Part shown: positions 45,081 through 55,451 of the stretch, piece by piece
Layout: every line of letters starts with the position of its first letter
Numbering within the stretch: position 1 is the stretch's first letter
Assembly: GCA_963422645.2 (NCBI GenBank)
Contig: CAXXVO010000020.1
Span: 1 to 64,000 of the forward strand
Reading direction: 5' to 3'
DNA length: 64,000 bases
From: Alphaproteobacteria bacterium
GTDB taxonomy: Bacteria > Pseudomonadota > Alphaproteobacteria > UBA828
The notes under the pieces: generated by a model
The model's database searches: none
What the model saw: the letters and a program-made list of their open reading frames with translations, nothing else
What the model was told of the DNA's origin: nothing
Program-made: the position numbers and the translations under genes

Positions 45081-46025
45081 GTGGACGTGCGCCTGCCAAT
45101 AGTCGTCGGGACGCGGGGCAGCCCGCTCGCAATCGCTCAGACCCGCCACGTCTGCGACCTGCTGGTTGCGGCTCATCCGGCGTTGGCCGAGGGCGGTGCG
45201 CTGGTCACCGAGACAATCACCACCTCGGGCGATCGCTTCACGGATCGCCCACTCGCCGAGATCGGCGGCAAGGGACTCTTCACCAAGGAGATCGAGGAGG
45301 CGCTCAAGGACGGGCGCATCGACCTCGCCGTGCACTCGATGAAGGACGTGCCGACCTGGCTGCCGGAGGGGCTGGAGATCGCCGCGATCCCCGAGCGGGA
45401 GGACCCGCGCGACGTGCTGATCTCGCGCCATGGGACGCACCCTGCCGGCCTTGCCGACCTGCCGCAGGGTGCGCGGGTCGGGACAGGGTCGCTCCGCCGC
45501 CAGGCGCAGATTCTGGCGCGCCGCCCCGATATCGACATCGTCCCGATGCGGGGCAACGTCGGAACCCGGCTGCGCAAGGTGGCCGATGGCGCGGCCGACG
45601 CCACGCTGCTGGCCCTGGCCGGCCTCAAGCGGCTCGGCGAGGTGGTCGACGGGATGGCGGTGCTGGAGCCGGCGGAGATGCTGCCGGCGGTGGGTCAGGG
45701 CGCGCTCGGCATCGAGTGCCGGACCGACGACGAGCGGACGCAGGAGCTGCTGCAGCCCATCGTCGATGCGGTGACGACCGCCGCCCTCCAGTGCGAGCGG
45801 GCGCTGCTGGAGGTGCTCGACGGCTCCTGCCGCAGCCCGATTGCGGGTCTCGCCGTGGCGGATGACTCGGGCGGGCTCCGCCTCGATGCCCTGATCGCGC
45901 GGGCCGACGGCAGCGTCTGCCATCGACTCGAGCGGGCCGGGGCCATGGCGGACGCGCCCGCCCTCGGCCGCGACGCCGGCGCCGCGCTACGTGCGGCCGG
46001 CGGACCCGCTTGGTTCGAGGCATGA
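45081..46025 (+). CDS. hemC: Hydroxymethylbilane synthase
   Basis: [30 protein letters not shown]. Confidence 0.97.
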   Translation: MDVRLPIVVGTRGSPLAIAQTRHVCDLLVAAHPALAEGGALVTETITTSGDRFTDRPLAEIGGKGLFTKEIEEALKDGRIDLAVHSMKDVPTWLPEGLEIAAIPEREDPRDVLISRHGTHPAGLADLPQGARVGTGSLRRQAQILARRPDIDIVPMRGNVGTRLRKVADGAADATLLALAGLKRLGEVVDGMAVLEPAEMLPAVGQGALGIECRTDDERTQELLQPIVDAVTTAALQCERALLEVLDGSCRSPIAGLAVADDSGGLRLDALIARADGSVCHRLERAGAMADAPALGRDAGAALRAAGGPAWFEA

Positions 46026-46777
46026 GCGGCGGCCGCCTGCTCTTGACCCGCCCGCGCCAGGATTCTCTCGTGCTCGCGGATGAGCTGGCGCGTCATGGCG
46101 TCGAGTCGCTAATCGAGCCGATGATGACGATCCGCATCGACGACGATGCGCGACTCGACCTTTCGGGCGCCCAGGCGATCCTGCTCACCAGCGCGAATGG
46201 CGCGCGGGCGCTCGCGGCGGCGTCGCCCGACGAGGAGGCGCGCCTGATCCCGGTCCTGGCCGTGGGCTGCGCCACCGCGCACGCCGCACGGGACGCGGGC
46301 TTCCCTGCGGTGACGGCGGCGGACGGCGACGTGGATGCGCTCGCGGCGCTCGCCACGGCCCGGCTCGATCCCGACTCCGGCCGCCTCGTGCACGTGGCCG
46401 GCCGGGTCAGCACGGGCGATCTCGCGGCCCGGCTGCGCGCCGCCGGCTTCGAGGCGGAGCGCGCGCCTCTCTACGACGCGGTTGCCTCGCACGCCTTGTC
46501 GGCGCCCGCCCGCCGGGCGCTGGAAACGCGAAACCTCGCCGGCGTCGCGTTATTCTCTCCCCGCACCGCGCACCTCTTTGCTAAGCTCGTGCACGAGTCG
46601 GGGCTCGACTCGACGGCGCGGACACTCACCGCGTTCTGCCTGAGCCAAGCGGTGGCCGAGGCGGCAGCAACCCTTTCCTGGCAGCGTATCTGTGTGGCCG
46701 CCGCGCCGCGACAGGACTCGCTGGTCGCCAGTGTGACGAGCGCGCTCGCACCGGGCCATTGCGGCGACAGGCGGTAG
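46022..46777 (+). CDS. hemD: Uroporphyrinogen-III synthase
   Basis: LLTRP, LTSANG, FSPRTA; coupled to hemC. Confidence 0.9.
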   Translation: MSGGRLLLTRPRQDSLVLADELARHGVESLIEPMMTIRIDDDARLDLSGAQAILLTSANGARALAAASPDEEARLIPVLAVGCATAHAARDAGFPAVTAADGDVDALAALATARLDPDSGRLVHVAGRVSTGDLAARLRAAGFEAERAPLYDAVASHALSAPARRALETRNLAGVALFSPRTAHLFAKLVHESGLDSTARTLTAFCLSQAVAEAAATLSWQRICVAAAPRQDSLVASVTSALAPGHCGDRR

Positions 46778-46836
46778 AGATGGGCAAGAGACGGCCCAGG
46801 CGCCGAAGGGAGCGCAGCAAGCGCAGCGAGAGGCGA

Positions 46837-48357
46837 ATGGCAGCGGGCAACGACGATGGCCAGAAGCCGCCGGAGGGAGGCCGTCAGACGGTGATCTGGC
46901 GGCTGCCGGCGGCGGGCCCATCGGAGAGCACGGACGCTCCCGAAGTGCCCGACACCCCCGACGCCGGGGCGGACCGCCCGAAGGGTCGCCGTGGCCCTCT
47001 GCTGGCGGCCATAGGCCTTGCTGCGGCTCTCGTTTGTGTCGGCCTCTACACCGCTTGGTCGGAGTTCGGATCCGACATCTTCGGCACGGGAGGCGATCCG
47101 GATGTCGTCGCGGCTCCGTCGGCGGCGCCCGCTGTGCAGGCGAGCGGTGAGGGTCTGGCGGGCGGGGGCACGGCGGCTTCTCCTCCTGCCGACGCAGATG
47201 GCGCTCCGCTCGCCGTCGCAGAGCAGGAGGACGAGAACGCCGAAGCTGGTCCCGTGGAGGTGGCGGTCCCGGCCGCCGCCGCTCCGCAGGACGACGAGAC
47301 CGATCCACCGGAGACCGCTGCAGTCGAGCCGGCAGTGCCGGCAGTGGATCCCCCGTCGCCATCGCCGTCGCTTGCCGCCGATGACCAGCCGGCGACTGCG
47401 ACAGTTGCCTCGGCGCGCGCCGAGGAGCCGGCAGTGCCCGGTGGCGCCGCTGCTGCCGAAGCAGCCGGCGATGCGCTTCCCGACACCCTTCCTGCCGCCC
47501 CGTCGCCTGCCCAAGCCGATCTCGGGGCCGACACGCCGGGCGTCGAGACACTCGGCATGCTCAGTGCCCGATTGGAGGCCCTGGAGGCGCGGTCCGATGG
47601 CGCCATCGGCGCCGGCGCCGCGGTGATCGCCCTGGAGCAGCGGATCCGCGCGCTCGAGGACGATCCGACGCGCGAGCCCCTCGGTGAGGCGCTCGCCGCG
47701 TGGGGAGAACAGCGCGCGGCGCTGGAGGCGGCGCTCGCCCAGGTGAGCGCGCGGCTCGCCCGCTTCGAGGAAGTGGCGGCGCAGCAGGCCGCCGCCGACG
47801 GGCGCCTGGTGACGCTGGTGCTTGCGACCGGCGAGCTCTCCGCCGCTCTCGGCTCTTCCCGGCCCTTTGCGTCGGCGCTCGACTCGATTCGCGGGATTGC
47901 CCCTGAAGACGCGGAGATCGAAGGCGCTCTCGCGCGGCTCGCGCCCTTCGCCGCCACCGGCGTGCCGACGCTCGACGGGCTGAGCGCACGCTTCCCCCAG
48001 GCCGCCAATGCCATCGTCCGTGGCACAGCGGCGACCGAGGAGGAGGGGTGGATCGACGAGACCGTCACCAGGCTGAGCCAGCTGGTGACGATCCGGCGGA
48101 CCGGCGGCGCCATCGACCCCGCAAGCCTCGACGGCCGCCTGGTCGAGGCCGAGGCGGCGCTCAAGGCCGGCGATCTGGAGCGGGCCATCGGCATCGTCGA
48201 GCCGCTGACGGGGGATGCCGCCAAGGCCGGGAGCGCGGGGCTCTGGCTGCGCGACGCCCGCGCGCGCCACGAGGCCGACGCGGCGCTCGCCGGCCTCGTC
48301 GCCACGGTGCACGCGCGCATCGGCGCCCGTTGGGCAACGACCGGTGGGACCCCATGA
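46837..48357 (+). CDS. COG4223 / mitofilin (Mic60)-like membrane protein
   Basis: N-terminal TM, Pro/Ala/acidic linker, coiled coil, mitofilin-like C-terminus; between hemD and hemY; start uncertain. Confidence 0.8.
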   Translation: MAAGNDDGQKPPEGGRQTVIWRLPAAGPSESTDAPEVPDTPDAGADRPKGRRGPLLAAIGLAAALVCVGLYTAWSEFGSDIFGTGGDPDVVAAPSAAPAVQASGEGLAGGGTAASPPADADGAPLAVAEQEDENAEAGPVEVAVPAAAAPQDDETDPPETAAVEPAVPAVDPPSPSPSLAADDQPATATVASARAEEPAVPGGAAAAEAAGDALPDTLPAAPSPAQADLGADTPGVETLGMLSARLEALEARSDGAIGAGAAVIALEQRIRALEDDPTREPLGEALAAWGEQRAALEAALAQVSARLARFEEVAAQQAAADGRLVTLVLATGELSAALGSSRPFASALDSIRGIAPEDAEIEGALARLAPFAATGVPTLDGLSARFPQAANAIVRGTAATEEEGWIDETVTRLSQLVTIRRTGGAIDPASLDGRLVEAEAALKAGDLERAIGIVEPLTGDAAKAGSAGLWLRDARARHEADAALAGLVATVHARIGARWATTGGTP

Positions 48358-49736
48358 TCCGCATCATCGCCTTCGTCGTCGCGGTGATCGTCGTGGCGGC
48401 GGCCGCGACCTGGATTTCGGAGCCACCCGGCCGCGTCGAGATCGCCTGGGGCGACTACATGGTCGAGGGCTCGCCGGGGGTGCTCGCGGCTGCCATCGCC
48501 GTGGCCGCAGCGGTCGTTCTGGCGATCACGGCGGTCGTGCGCTTCGTCTGGATCGGCCCCCGCCGGGTCGCGCTGGCGCGGCGCCGCCGCCGCGAGCGGC
48601 TCGGCTATCGCGCGCTCACACAAGGGCTGGTTGCCGCGGCAGCGGGCGATCCCAAGCGGGCTCGGCGCTTCGCGCGGCGCGCGGATGCGCTGCTGGAGGA
48701 GCCGCCGCTGACGCTTCTGCTTTCGGCCCAGGCGGCGCAGCTAGAGGGCGACGACCACGCCGCGCGCGGCTATTTCGAGGCCATGCTCGATCAGCCCGCA
48801 ACGGAATTCCTCGGCTTGCGCGGCCTGCTGGTCCAGGCCGAGCGCACCGGCGACACGGCCGGGGCGCTCGAGCTTGCCGAACGCGCCTTCGCGCTCAGGC
48901 CGGAGACGCCCTGGGTGCTGACGGCGCTGCTGGAGATGCAAACGCGCGCGGGGCGCTGGTCGGATGCGCTCGGCACGGTCAAGCAGGCCCGGCGCCACGG
49001 CGCAGTAAGCGAGGAGGTCGGACGCCGACGCCAGGCGGGACTGCTCTTCGAGCGCGCGCGGGCGCTGCGCGAGCAAGGCGAGGTCAGGGAGGCGCTCCGC
49101 ATCGCCGACGAGGCGCGGACGGCGGATGCGAGCTTCCTTCCCGCCGCGGTGCTCGGCGCGGGCCTCGCCAAGGAAGCCGGCCGCGATACGGCGGCTCAGC
49201 GGGCGGTGACGGAGGCCTGGCGCCACTGTCCCCACCCGGCGCTCGGCCGGCTCTTCCTCGCGCTGAACGCGGACCGCTCCGCCGCGGAGCGGCTGAAGCG
49301 GGTCGAGACGCTGGTCGCCGACAACCGCGACCACGCGGAAAGCCTCATGCTGCTCGCGAATCAGGCGCTCGACGCGAAGCAGTGGGGGACCGCGCGCCGG
49401 CACCTGGAGCGCGCCGCTGCCGAGCGCCCCACGGCCGTCGTCTACCGCCTGCTCGCGCGCCTGGAGGAAGCGGAGACAGGGGACGGGGCGGCGGTTCGCC
49501 GGCGCCTTCAGCAGGCGAGCGAGGCGCCGCCCGATCCGGCCTGGCTCTGTACCCGCTGCGCCAGCGCGAGCCCCGCGTGGTCGATCGTCTGCGATCGCTG
49601 CGGCGCCTTCGATTCGGTCGAGTGGCGCTCAGCCCCCCGTGCCGAGCCCGGCGCGTTGCCGCAGGAGCCCGCCGCCGCTACCGACGATGACGAAGAGCAG
49701 CCGGTGGAGGCCGCCGCCGGCACCGCCGCCGAGTGA
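48354..49736 (+). CDS. hemY: HemY-family TPR membrane protein
   Basis: Two TM helices, LLLSAQAAQ, FLGLRGL, C-terminal W.C..C..W..C..C. Confidence 0.88.
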   Translation: MIRIIAFVVAVIVVAAAATWISEPPGRVEIAWGDYMVEGSPGVLAAAIAVAAAVVLAITAVVRFVWIGPRRVALARRRRRERLGYRALTQGLVAAAAGDPKRARRFARRADALLEEPPLTLLLSAQAAQLEGDDHAARGYFEAMLDQPATEFLGLRGLLVQAERTGDTAGALELAERAFALRPETPWVLTALLEMQTRAGRWSDALGTVKQARRHGAVSEEVGRRRQAGLLFERARALREQGEVREALRIADEARTADASFLPAAVLGAGLAKEAGRDTAAQRAVTEAWRHCPHPALGRLFLALNADRSAAERLKRVETLVADNRDHAESLMLLANQALDAKQWGTARRHLERAAAERPTAVVYRLLARLEEAETGDGAAVRRRLQQASEAPPDPAWLCTRCASASPAWSIVCDRCGAFDSVEWRSAPRAEPGALPQEPAAATDDDEEQPVEAAAGTAAE

Positions 49737-49821
49737 GCGTCGCCGCAGGAAGGCAGCGTCGTCCCGCGATTGGCGCCTTTACAATGCGGCGTGCCTTGAC
49801 GATAGTCCGGCGCGGAACCGG

Positions 49822-49897
49822 GCCGCAGTAGCTCAGTCGGTAGAGCAATGCATTCGTAATGCATGGGTCGGGAGTTCGAATCTCTCCTGCGGCACCA
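49822..49897 (+). tRNA. tRNA-Thr(CGT)
   Basis: 76 nt, anticodon arm ATGCA-TTCGTAA-TGCAT, CCA end. Confidence 0.96.
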
Positions 49898-50035
49898 GTC
49901 CCCGGTTCCAAACCTTCCCGTAAAATATCAAATTGCCATACAAAACAGTCTCTTAATAGAAGACTCTGTGCTTGACCGTTCCGCTCAATTCCCTTAGGTT
50001 CCCTGACTAAACTATGGGAAACGCGTGGGGAAAGC

Positions 50036-51211
50036 ATGAATCGGCTGACGGTGACGCAGGCGCGCGCACTCAAGAATCGGGGCATGTACCGGGCTGATCC
50101 GACCCTCTACCTGAACATCGCATCGGGCGGATCGAAGAGCTGGATACAAAGACTCACCATCAACGGTCGGCGCCACGACATCGGGCTCGGCTCATTCGAG
50201 CTGGTGACGATGGCTGAAGCGCGGGACAAGGCATTTCAGAATCGTCGGATCGTGCAGGCCGGCGGCAACCCGCTCGTCGAGAAGCGTAAGGCCAGGGTGC
50301 CGAGCTTCCGCGAGGCGTCCAAGGCAACGTTCGAGGCCAACCGGCCTCGATGGCGCAACGCCAAGGTCGCGTCGAACTGGATGCAGCAATTGGAGCGGCA
50401 CGCATTCCCCATCATCGGCGACATGCCGGTGGACAAGATCGGCCGCGAGGATGTGCTGCGGGTGCTGACGCCGATTTGGACCAGCAAGCCGGAGGTCGGT
50501 CGCAAGGTGCGCCAGCGTGTCCGTGCGACCCTCCGTTGGGCTGAAGCTCATGGGCACGTCCAGACCAACGTCGCGGGCGATGCCATTGACGGCGCGCTGC
50601 CGCGCCAGCCCGCCGTCAAGGCTCATTTCCGGGCTCTGCCCTACCGGGAGATCGGCACCGCACTCGCAACCGTCGAAGCGTCCGGTGCATCCCTGGCAGC
50701 CAAGCTGGCACTGAAGTTCGTTGTGCTGACCGCCTGCCGCAGCGGCGAGGTTCGGCTTGCCGAGTGGAGCGAGATAGACGCGGTGTCGGCGACGTGGACG
50801 ATACCGGGATCGCGCATGAAGAACGGCACCGAACACCGTGTGCCGCTAAGCGATGCTGCGGTGGAGGTGCTGGAACAGGCGCGCCCATTGAGTGGTGGGC
50901 GGGCTCTCGTATTTCGCTCTCCGCGGTCTCCGAACCGCGCCTTGTCGGACATGTCACTCACCAAGGTTCTGCGAACAACCGGCCTCGCCGAGAAGACTGT
51001 GGTGCATGGTCTCCGGTCGACGTTCAGAGATTGGTGCGCTGACACGGGCAAGCCACGTGAGCTCGCCGAGGCAGCGCTGGCGCACACCGTCGGCGGTGTT
51101 GAAGGAGCCTATTTCCGAAGCGACGTGTTTGAACGACGCCGCGTTCTCATGCAAGCGTGGGCGGACTTCGTAACCGGCGGCACCGGCACCGTGGTGAGGA
51201 TGCATGCGTAG
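50036..51211 (+). CDS. P4-like tyrosine integrase
   Basis: TACRSGE, HGLRSTFR, LAH, GAYFR; clear homolog of 7702-8925. Confidence 0.95.
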   Translation: MNRLTVTQARALKNRGMYRADPTLYLNIASGGSKSWIQRLTINGRRHDIGLGSFELVTMAEARDKAFQNRRIVQAGGNPLVEKRKARVPSFREASKATFEANRPRWRNAKVASNWMQQLERHAFPIIGDMPVDKIGREDVLRVLTPIWTSKPEVGRKVRQRVRATLRWAEAHGHVQTNVAGDAIDGALPRQPAVKAHFRALPYREIGTALATVEASGASLAAKLALKFVVLTACRSGEVRLAEWSEIDAVSATWTIPGSRMKNGTEHRVPLSDAAVEVLEQARPLSGGRALVFRSPRSPNRALSDMSLTKVLRTTGLAEKTVVHGLRSTFRDWCADTGKPRELAEAALAHTVGGVEGAYFRSDVFERRRVLMQAWADFVTGGTGTVVRMHA

Positions 51212-51731
51212 TTCAAATCGTGGGCTTCGGCTGCGCCCCGCTTTTCAGAAGTTGCCGGGGCCGTCGTACAACGTGTTGGACTGGCCCGGTGATAGCGAGG
51301 AACAGGCGCGTGCCATCCGAAGACTGGCGTTCATGGCGAGCGATGAGGCGCAGACCTTCCGGCTACGGGCATGGGCCTTCGACGCATTGGAAGACATTGC
51401 CCGCAAGGATATTCGCGGACAGGGCCTGGAAGACAGCGCCCGCGACGCAATTCGGGAGCTTGCCGTTGCCGTTCTTGCGGGCGAGGTCGTCCGACCCAAG
51501 CGCGGCAAAGGGCGTAGTCCGGATGAGAACCAGGAGCGCAATGACCGGATCGTCCGGTTGACCGCTTGGCTTGTCTTCAGGGAAGGCAAGCCCGAAGCCG
51601 ACGCTATCGAGACGGTTCGAAAATCTGTTCCCCGCGCGGGAGGTGGAACACTCACCGCCGATCACATTGGGCGCATCATCAAGAGGCATGGCCCAATCGA
51701 GAAATATCGGAATCAAATCCTCCCCATTTGA
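51204..51731 (+). CDS. Satellite hypothetical protein
   Basis: Overlaps integrase stop; lies between integrase and alpA. Confidence 0.65.
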   Translation: MRSSNRGLRLRPAFQKLPGPSYNVLDWPGDSEEQARAIRRLAFMASDEAQTFRLRAWAFDALEDIARKDIRGQGLEDSARDAIRELAVAVLAGEVVRPKRGKGRSPDENQERNDRIVRLTAWLVFREGKPEADAIETVRKSVPRAGGGTLTADHIGRIIKRHGPIEKYRNQILPI

Positions 51732-51794
51732 TTCCATTCAACCCTAGCGGGCACTTGCGGCAATATCCGGGATGACCAAGACCCGGAGGACGCC

Positions 51795-51995
51795 ATGAAT
51801 GACGACCGCCTACTCCGCCGCGAAGAGGTCGAGACCCGCTGCGGGATCGCCCGTTCGTCCATCTATAGATTGATGCGCTCCGGCCAGTTTCCCGAACCAG
51901 TCAGGGTCGGCCCGCGCGCCGTGCGCTGGCCTGCATCCGAGATCGAAGAATGGCTGCGCGCTCGCCCGCGTGCGACTGGTGAAGTCGCCCATTAG
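51795..51995 (+). CDS. AlpA-family regulator/excisionase
   Basis: LLRREEVETRCGIARSSIY..FPEPVRVGPRAVRW; GGAGG RBS. Confidence 0.92.
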   Translation: MNDDRLLRREEVETRCGIARSSIYRLMRSGQFPEPVRVGPRAVRWPASEIEEWLRARPRATGEVAH

Positions 51996-52045
51996 ATTTG
52001 AACACTAGGTCGACCCGAAAGCACGGCAGTCCGTCTCGCCATGAG

Positions 52046-52137
52046 TGTTGATCGGCGCACAGGTTCGGTGCCGATCGGCGCGGTAGCTCATTGATTTGGC
52101 TGGATTACGGGGGGTCAACAAAGCGTGCTTAACAACA
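52046..52137. mobile_element. 92-bp IS21-type miniature element
   Basis: TGTTGATCGGC...CCGATCGGCG and GGGGTCAACAAAGCGTGCTTAACAACA resemble the two ends of IS21 16472-19022. Confidence 0.6.
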
Positions 52138-52842
52138 CGCCAGGGCGGCTTCGCGTTGATCGCCGGCGAGCCCGGCACCGGAAAGAGCGTGGCGTTGCGC
52201 GTGCTCGCCGACCGCCTCGGCCGCTCGGACGGGCTCAGGGTCTGTGCCATCACCCACCCCTCTTCCAGGCTGTCCGACTTCTACCGCGAGATCGGCGGGA
52301 TGTTCGGCGTCGACCTGATGTACAACAACCGCTGGGCCAGCTTCAAAAACCTGCGCGAGCGATGGCTCACCCATGTCGACGACACCCGCATGCGGCCCGT
52401 GGTGCTCATCGACGAGGCCCAGGAGCTGCTGCCCTCGGTGATCTCCGAGATCCGCCTGCTGGCGTCCACCGACTTCGACTCGCGCGCCATCCTCTCGGTC
52501 GTCTTCGCCGGCGACAGCCGCCTGATCGACAGGCTCCGCCAGCCCGACTTGCAGCCCATCGCCTCGCGCCTGCGCCAGCGCCTGGTCATGACCCAGGCAG
52601 ACGCCGGCGACCTCGCGGCCCTGCTCGACCATCTGGTCGAGCAGGCCGGCAATCCGGGCCTCATGAGCGCAGAGCTCAAGGACACCCTGGTCACCCACGC
52701 CGGCGGCAACCCCAGGGCGCTTACCGTCATGGGCGACATGCTGCTCGCCGCCGGCGCCGAGAAGAACCGCGAGGTTCTCGACGAGAAGCTCTTCATGGAG
52801 ATCCTGGGCGAGCCCGCCAAGCCGAAGAGGGCACGGCGGTGA
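52138..52842 (+). pseudogene. ExeA/TnsC-like AAA ATPase, 5'-truncated
   Basis: GEPGTGKS, VLIDEAQ, ASRLR, GGNPR; N-terminus replaced by the mini-element. Confidence 0.85.
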
Positions 52843-53837
52843 AGGGCTTCCCGACACGGGCGCCGATGCAGCTCGAGGATCGCCCCCGGGCGCAACAGTG
52901 GATGGTGGACACGCTGTGGGCCGAGCAGGCCGTGGGCATCGTCGGCGGCGAGCCCAAGTGCGGCAAATCCCTGCTCGCGCTCGATCTCGCCGTCGCCGTG
53001 GCCACCGGCGTCCCATGCCTGCGCCACTACCGCCCCAGCGCAAGCGGCACCGTGCTGCTCTTCGCCGCCGAGGACGCCGGCCACAGGGTGCGCAAGCGTC
53101 TGCAGGGGATCGCCCGCGCCGCCGCCACCCCCTTCGACGAACTCGACATCGCCGTCATCGACGTGCCCACCCTGCGTCTCGACCGGCCCGGCGACCGTCA
53201 ACGCCTGCAGCAGACCGTGGAGCGCATCGAACCGCGCCTCCTGATCCTCGATCCCCTGGTCCGCCTGCACAGCGTCGACGAGAACGCCGTCGCAGAGATC
53301 GCCCCCATCCTCGGCTTCCTGCGCGAACTGCAGCGCCGCTTCGAAACCGCCGTCCTCCTCGTCCACCACGCCCGCAAGAGCGGCGGCACCCGGCCGGGGC
53401 AGGCCCTGCGCGGGAGCAGCGAGCTGCACGCTTGGGGTGACTCAAATCTGTACCTGCGCCGGCGCGACAAGAAGATCGTCATGACGGTCGAGCAGCGCGA
53501 CGCCCGGGGCCTCAACGACATCGAGCTGGAACTCGTCGACGGCGGACATGGGCCGGCCTTCCGTCTGCACCAGGACGCGGCAGATGAAGACAGGCACGAG
53601 CCCGCCACCGTCGAGCAGCGCGTCTTCAAGGCGATCGAGCAGGCCGAAAAGCCGCTCTCGAAAGCCCAGATCCGCTCACGCGCCGCTGCCCGCAACGCCA
53701 CCGTCGTTGCCGCCATCGAGAGCCTCACCAGGGAGGGGCGCATCGAACGGGCGCCCAGGGGTGGCTATCGCCTCGCAGCCGCCGAGGCGCACCGGGAGCC
53801 GCAATCCCCTGCCGCCATCAACGGAAGTGCGGGATGA
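52839..53837 (+). CDS. AAA_25 / RepA-like (SF4) helicase-type ATPase
   Basis: GGEPKCGKS, AAED, LILDP, VHHARK, RGSS; C-terminal wHTH; GTGA overlap with upstream gene. Confidence 0.85.
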   Translation: MKGFPTRAPMQLEDRPRAQQWMVDTLWAEQAVGIVGGEPKCGKSLLALDLAVAVATGVPCLRHYRPSASGTVLLFAAEDAGHRVRKRLQGIARAAATPFDELDIAVIDVPTLRLDRPGDRQRLQQTVERIEPRLLILDPLVRLHSVDENAVAEIAPILGFLRELQRRFETAVLLVHHARKSGGTRPGQALRGSSELHAWGDSNLYLRRRDKKIVMTVEQRDARGLNDIELELVDGGHGPAFRLHQDAADEDRHEPATVEQRVFKAIEQAEKPLSKAQIRSRAAARNATVVAAIESLTREGRIERAPRGGYRLAAAEAHREPQSPAAINGSAG

Positions 53838-53898
53838 GGCGTTCCCGTTCCCGTTCCCGGAACTCTTAAGCGTTGAAGGGTACAGGAACGGGAACGCC
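53838..53898. repeat. Inverted repeat with GTTCCC tandem units (ori-like)
   Basis: 14-bp IR GGCGTTCCCGTTCC (53838-53851) / GGAACGGGAACGCC (53885-53898); three tandem GTTCCC. Confidence 0.65.
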
Positions 53899-53939
53899 GT
53901 CAGCCTCCCTTCCAAGCAGACCTTCGCCGGGACCCGGCA

Positions 53940-54809
53940 ATGAGCGGCGGCGATCCCCTGGCCACCTGCCGCAACATCCCCCTCGACCGGGTCGCCGCCG
54001 CCCTCGGCTACCGCAGAGACCCGACCGACCGGGCGCGCTTCAAGCGCGGGGGCTCGGTCATCAGCATCAACGGCGAGAAGTTCTTCGATCACCTGCGCGG
54101 CACGGGAGGGGGTGGCGCCATCGACCTCGTCATCCATGCGACGGGATGCCGCTTCCCGGAAGCCCTCCGCTTCCTCGGAAGCCATGAGGGGCGGAGGGAG
54201 ATCACCACCATCCCAGCCGCCCCGCGACGCCTGCGGCTGCCAAGGCCCAGTCCCCGCGCCTGGCCCAGGGTCCGGGACGCCCTCATCCGCCAACGCGCTA
54301 TCGGCACCGACGTGCTCGAAGCCTGCCACGGCCGAGGCCTCCTCTACGCCGATGACAGGATCAACGCCGTCTTCATCTGCCGAAACGCCAGCGGGCACAC
54401 GACCGGCGCCGAGATCCTCGGCACCGCGCCGCAGCCCGGAACAAAACGCTTCAGGGGCATGGCCCCGGGATCGCGCAAGGCGCGTGGCGGCTTCTGGCTC
54501 CACTGCGACCGAAACCAGCCCGCCCTCGTCATCCTCACCGAGAGCGCCGTCGACGCCATCTCTGCACGAAGCCTGCGCGTCGAGGGGACGCGCGAGAACG
54601 GCGCCGTCGTCGCCTCAACCGCCGGCATCGCCAGCTCGGTCCCGCCCTGGATCAAGGAGTGGAAGCCACGTCGCATCGTCTGTGCCTACGACGCAGACAG
54701 CGCCGGCGACACTGCCGCCGAGCATCTCGTGCTCAACGATCCAAGGGTGAAAAGGTTGCGCCCACGACACGCCAAGGACTGGAACGAGATGCTCCTGCGG
54801 TCTCGATGA
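53940..54809 (+). CDS. DUF3991/Toprim primase-like protein
   Basis: GGGAIDLV, LYADDR.NAVF, LTESAVDAIS, CAYDADSAG, KDWNE. Confidence 0.85.
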   Translation: MSGGDPLATCRNIPLDRVAAALGYRRDPTDRARFKRGGSVISINGEKFFDHLRGTGGGGAIDLVIHATGCRFPEALRFLGSHEGRREITTIPAAPRRLRLPRPSPRAWPRVRDALIRQRAIGTDVLEACHGRGLLYADDRINAVFICRNASGHTTGAEILGTAPQPGTKRFRGMAPGSRKARGGFWLHCDRNQPALVILTESAVDAISARSLRVEGTRENGAVVASTAGIASSVPPWIKEWKPRRIVCAYDADSAGDTAAEHLVLNDPRVKRLRPRHAKDWNEMLLRSR

Positions 54810-54836
54810 AAGCCAGGCCACTCACCGCTCTCGCAG

Positions 54837-54908
54837 ATCAACCAAGCGCCGCATCACGAACATCAAATAATCCGAAAACCGCACCATCAAATGCTGGGCG
54901 CACGCTCA
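54837..54908 (+). repeat. Putative transposon right end
   Basis: ATCAA(C/A) units at 54837, 54862, 54886, terminating in CA at 54908 where the methylase reading begins abruptly. Confidence 0.5.
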
Positions 54909-55451
54909 CCTGCCGTGCGTTCGATCGGCATCGACCGCGATGCGCAGGCGCTCGAGGCCTTCGTCTGCGACTACCCGGTCGATCTGGTTCACGGCTGTGC
55001 CCATGACTTCCTGGCCTCGTTCCCGTTCCTGGGCCCGGAGCTGGTTTACAGCGATCCGCCCTATCTGCACGCGACCCGCCGCTCGGCGCAGCGCTACCGC
55101 TTCGAGTACGAGGAGGCCGGCCACGTCGCGCTTCTCGCGCTGCTCAAGGCTCTGCCCTGCCAGGTCATGATCTCGGGCCATCCGTCGGCGCTCTATGACG
55201 AGGTGCTGGCGGGATGGCGCCGGCTGGCGCTGCAGGTCACGACCCAGGGTCTGGTGCGAACCGAGGTCGTCTGGTTCAACTACGCCCCCGACCGGATGCA
55301 TTGGGCCAGCCACGCAGGCCGGAACTTCACCGACCGCCAGCGCATCAAGCGCAAGGCAGCCAACTGGGGCCGGCGCTACCAGGCCTTGCCGCCGGGCGAA
55401 CGCCTCGCCGTGCTCGCCGCCATGATGGCCGTCGAGGCCGAAGACACGTGA
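54909..55451 (+). pseudogene. DNA adenine methyltransferase, 5'-truncated
   Basis: Catalytic DPPY, MISG, RTE..WFN; SAM-binding N-terminus missing. Confidence 0.8.

Larger units (their letters stand above)
49898..52045 (+). mobile_element. Truncated P4-type satellite at tRNA-Thr
   Basis: AT-rich spacer, then integrase-hypothetical-alpA directly downstream of the tRNA; cut at 52046. Confidence 0.75.

Noticed and set aside
46837-49736. Mic60-like gene in heme operon as novel
   Set aside because: hemC-hemD-Mic60-hemY linkage is already known in Alphaproteobacteria
52125-53837. 570-aa ORF as an ExeA-helicase fusion
   Set aside because: Its N-terminal half is an off-frame shadow of the ExeA gene; the helicase starts at GTG 52839
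55214-55447. N-terminal extension of the IS66-B transposase
   Set aside because: Off-frame overlap with the methylase gene
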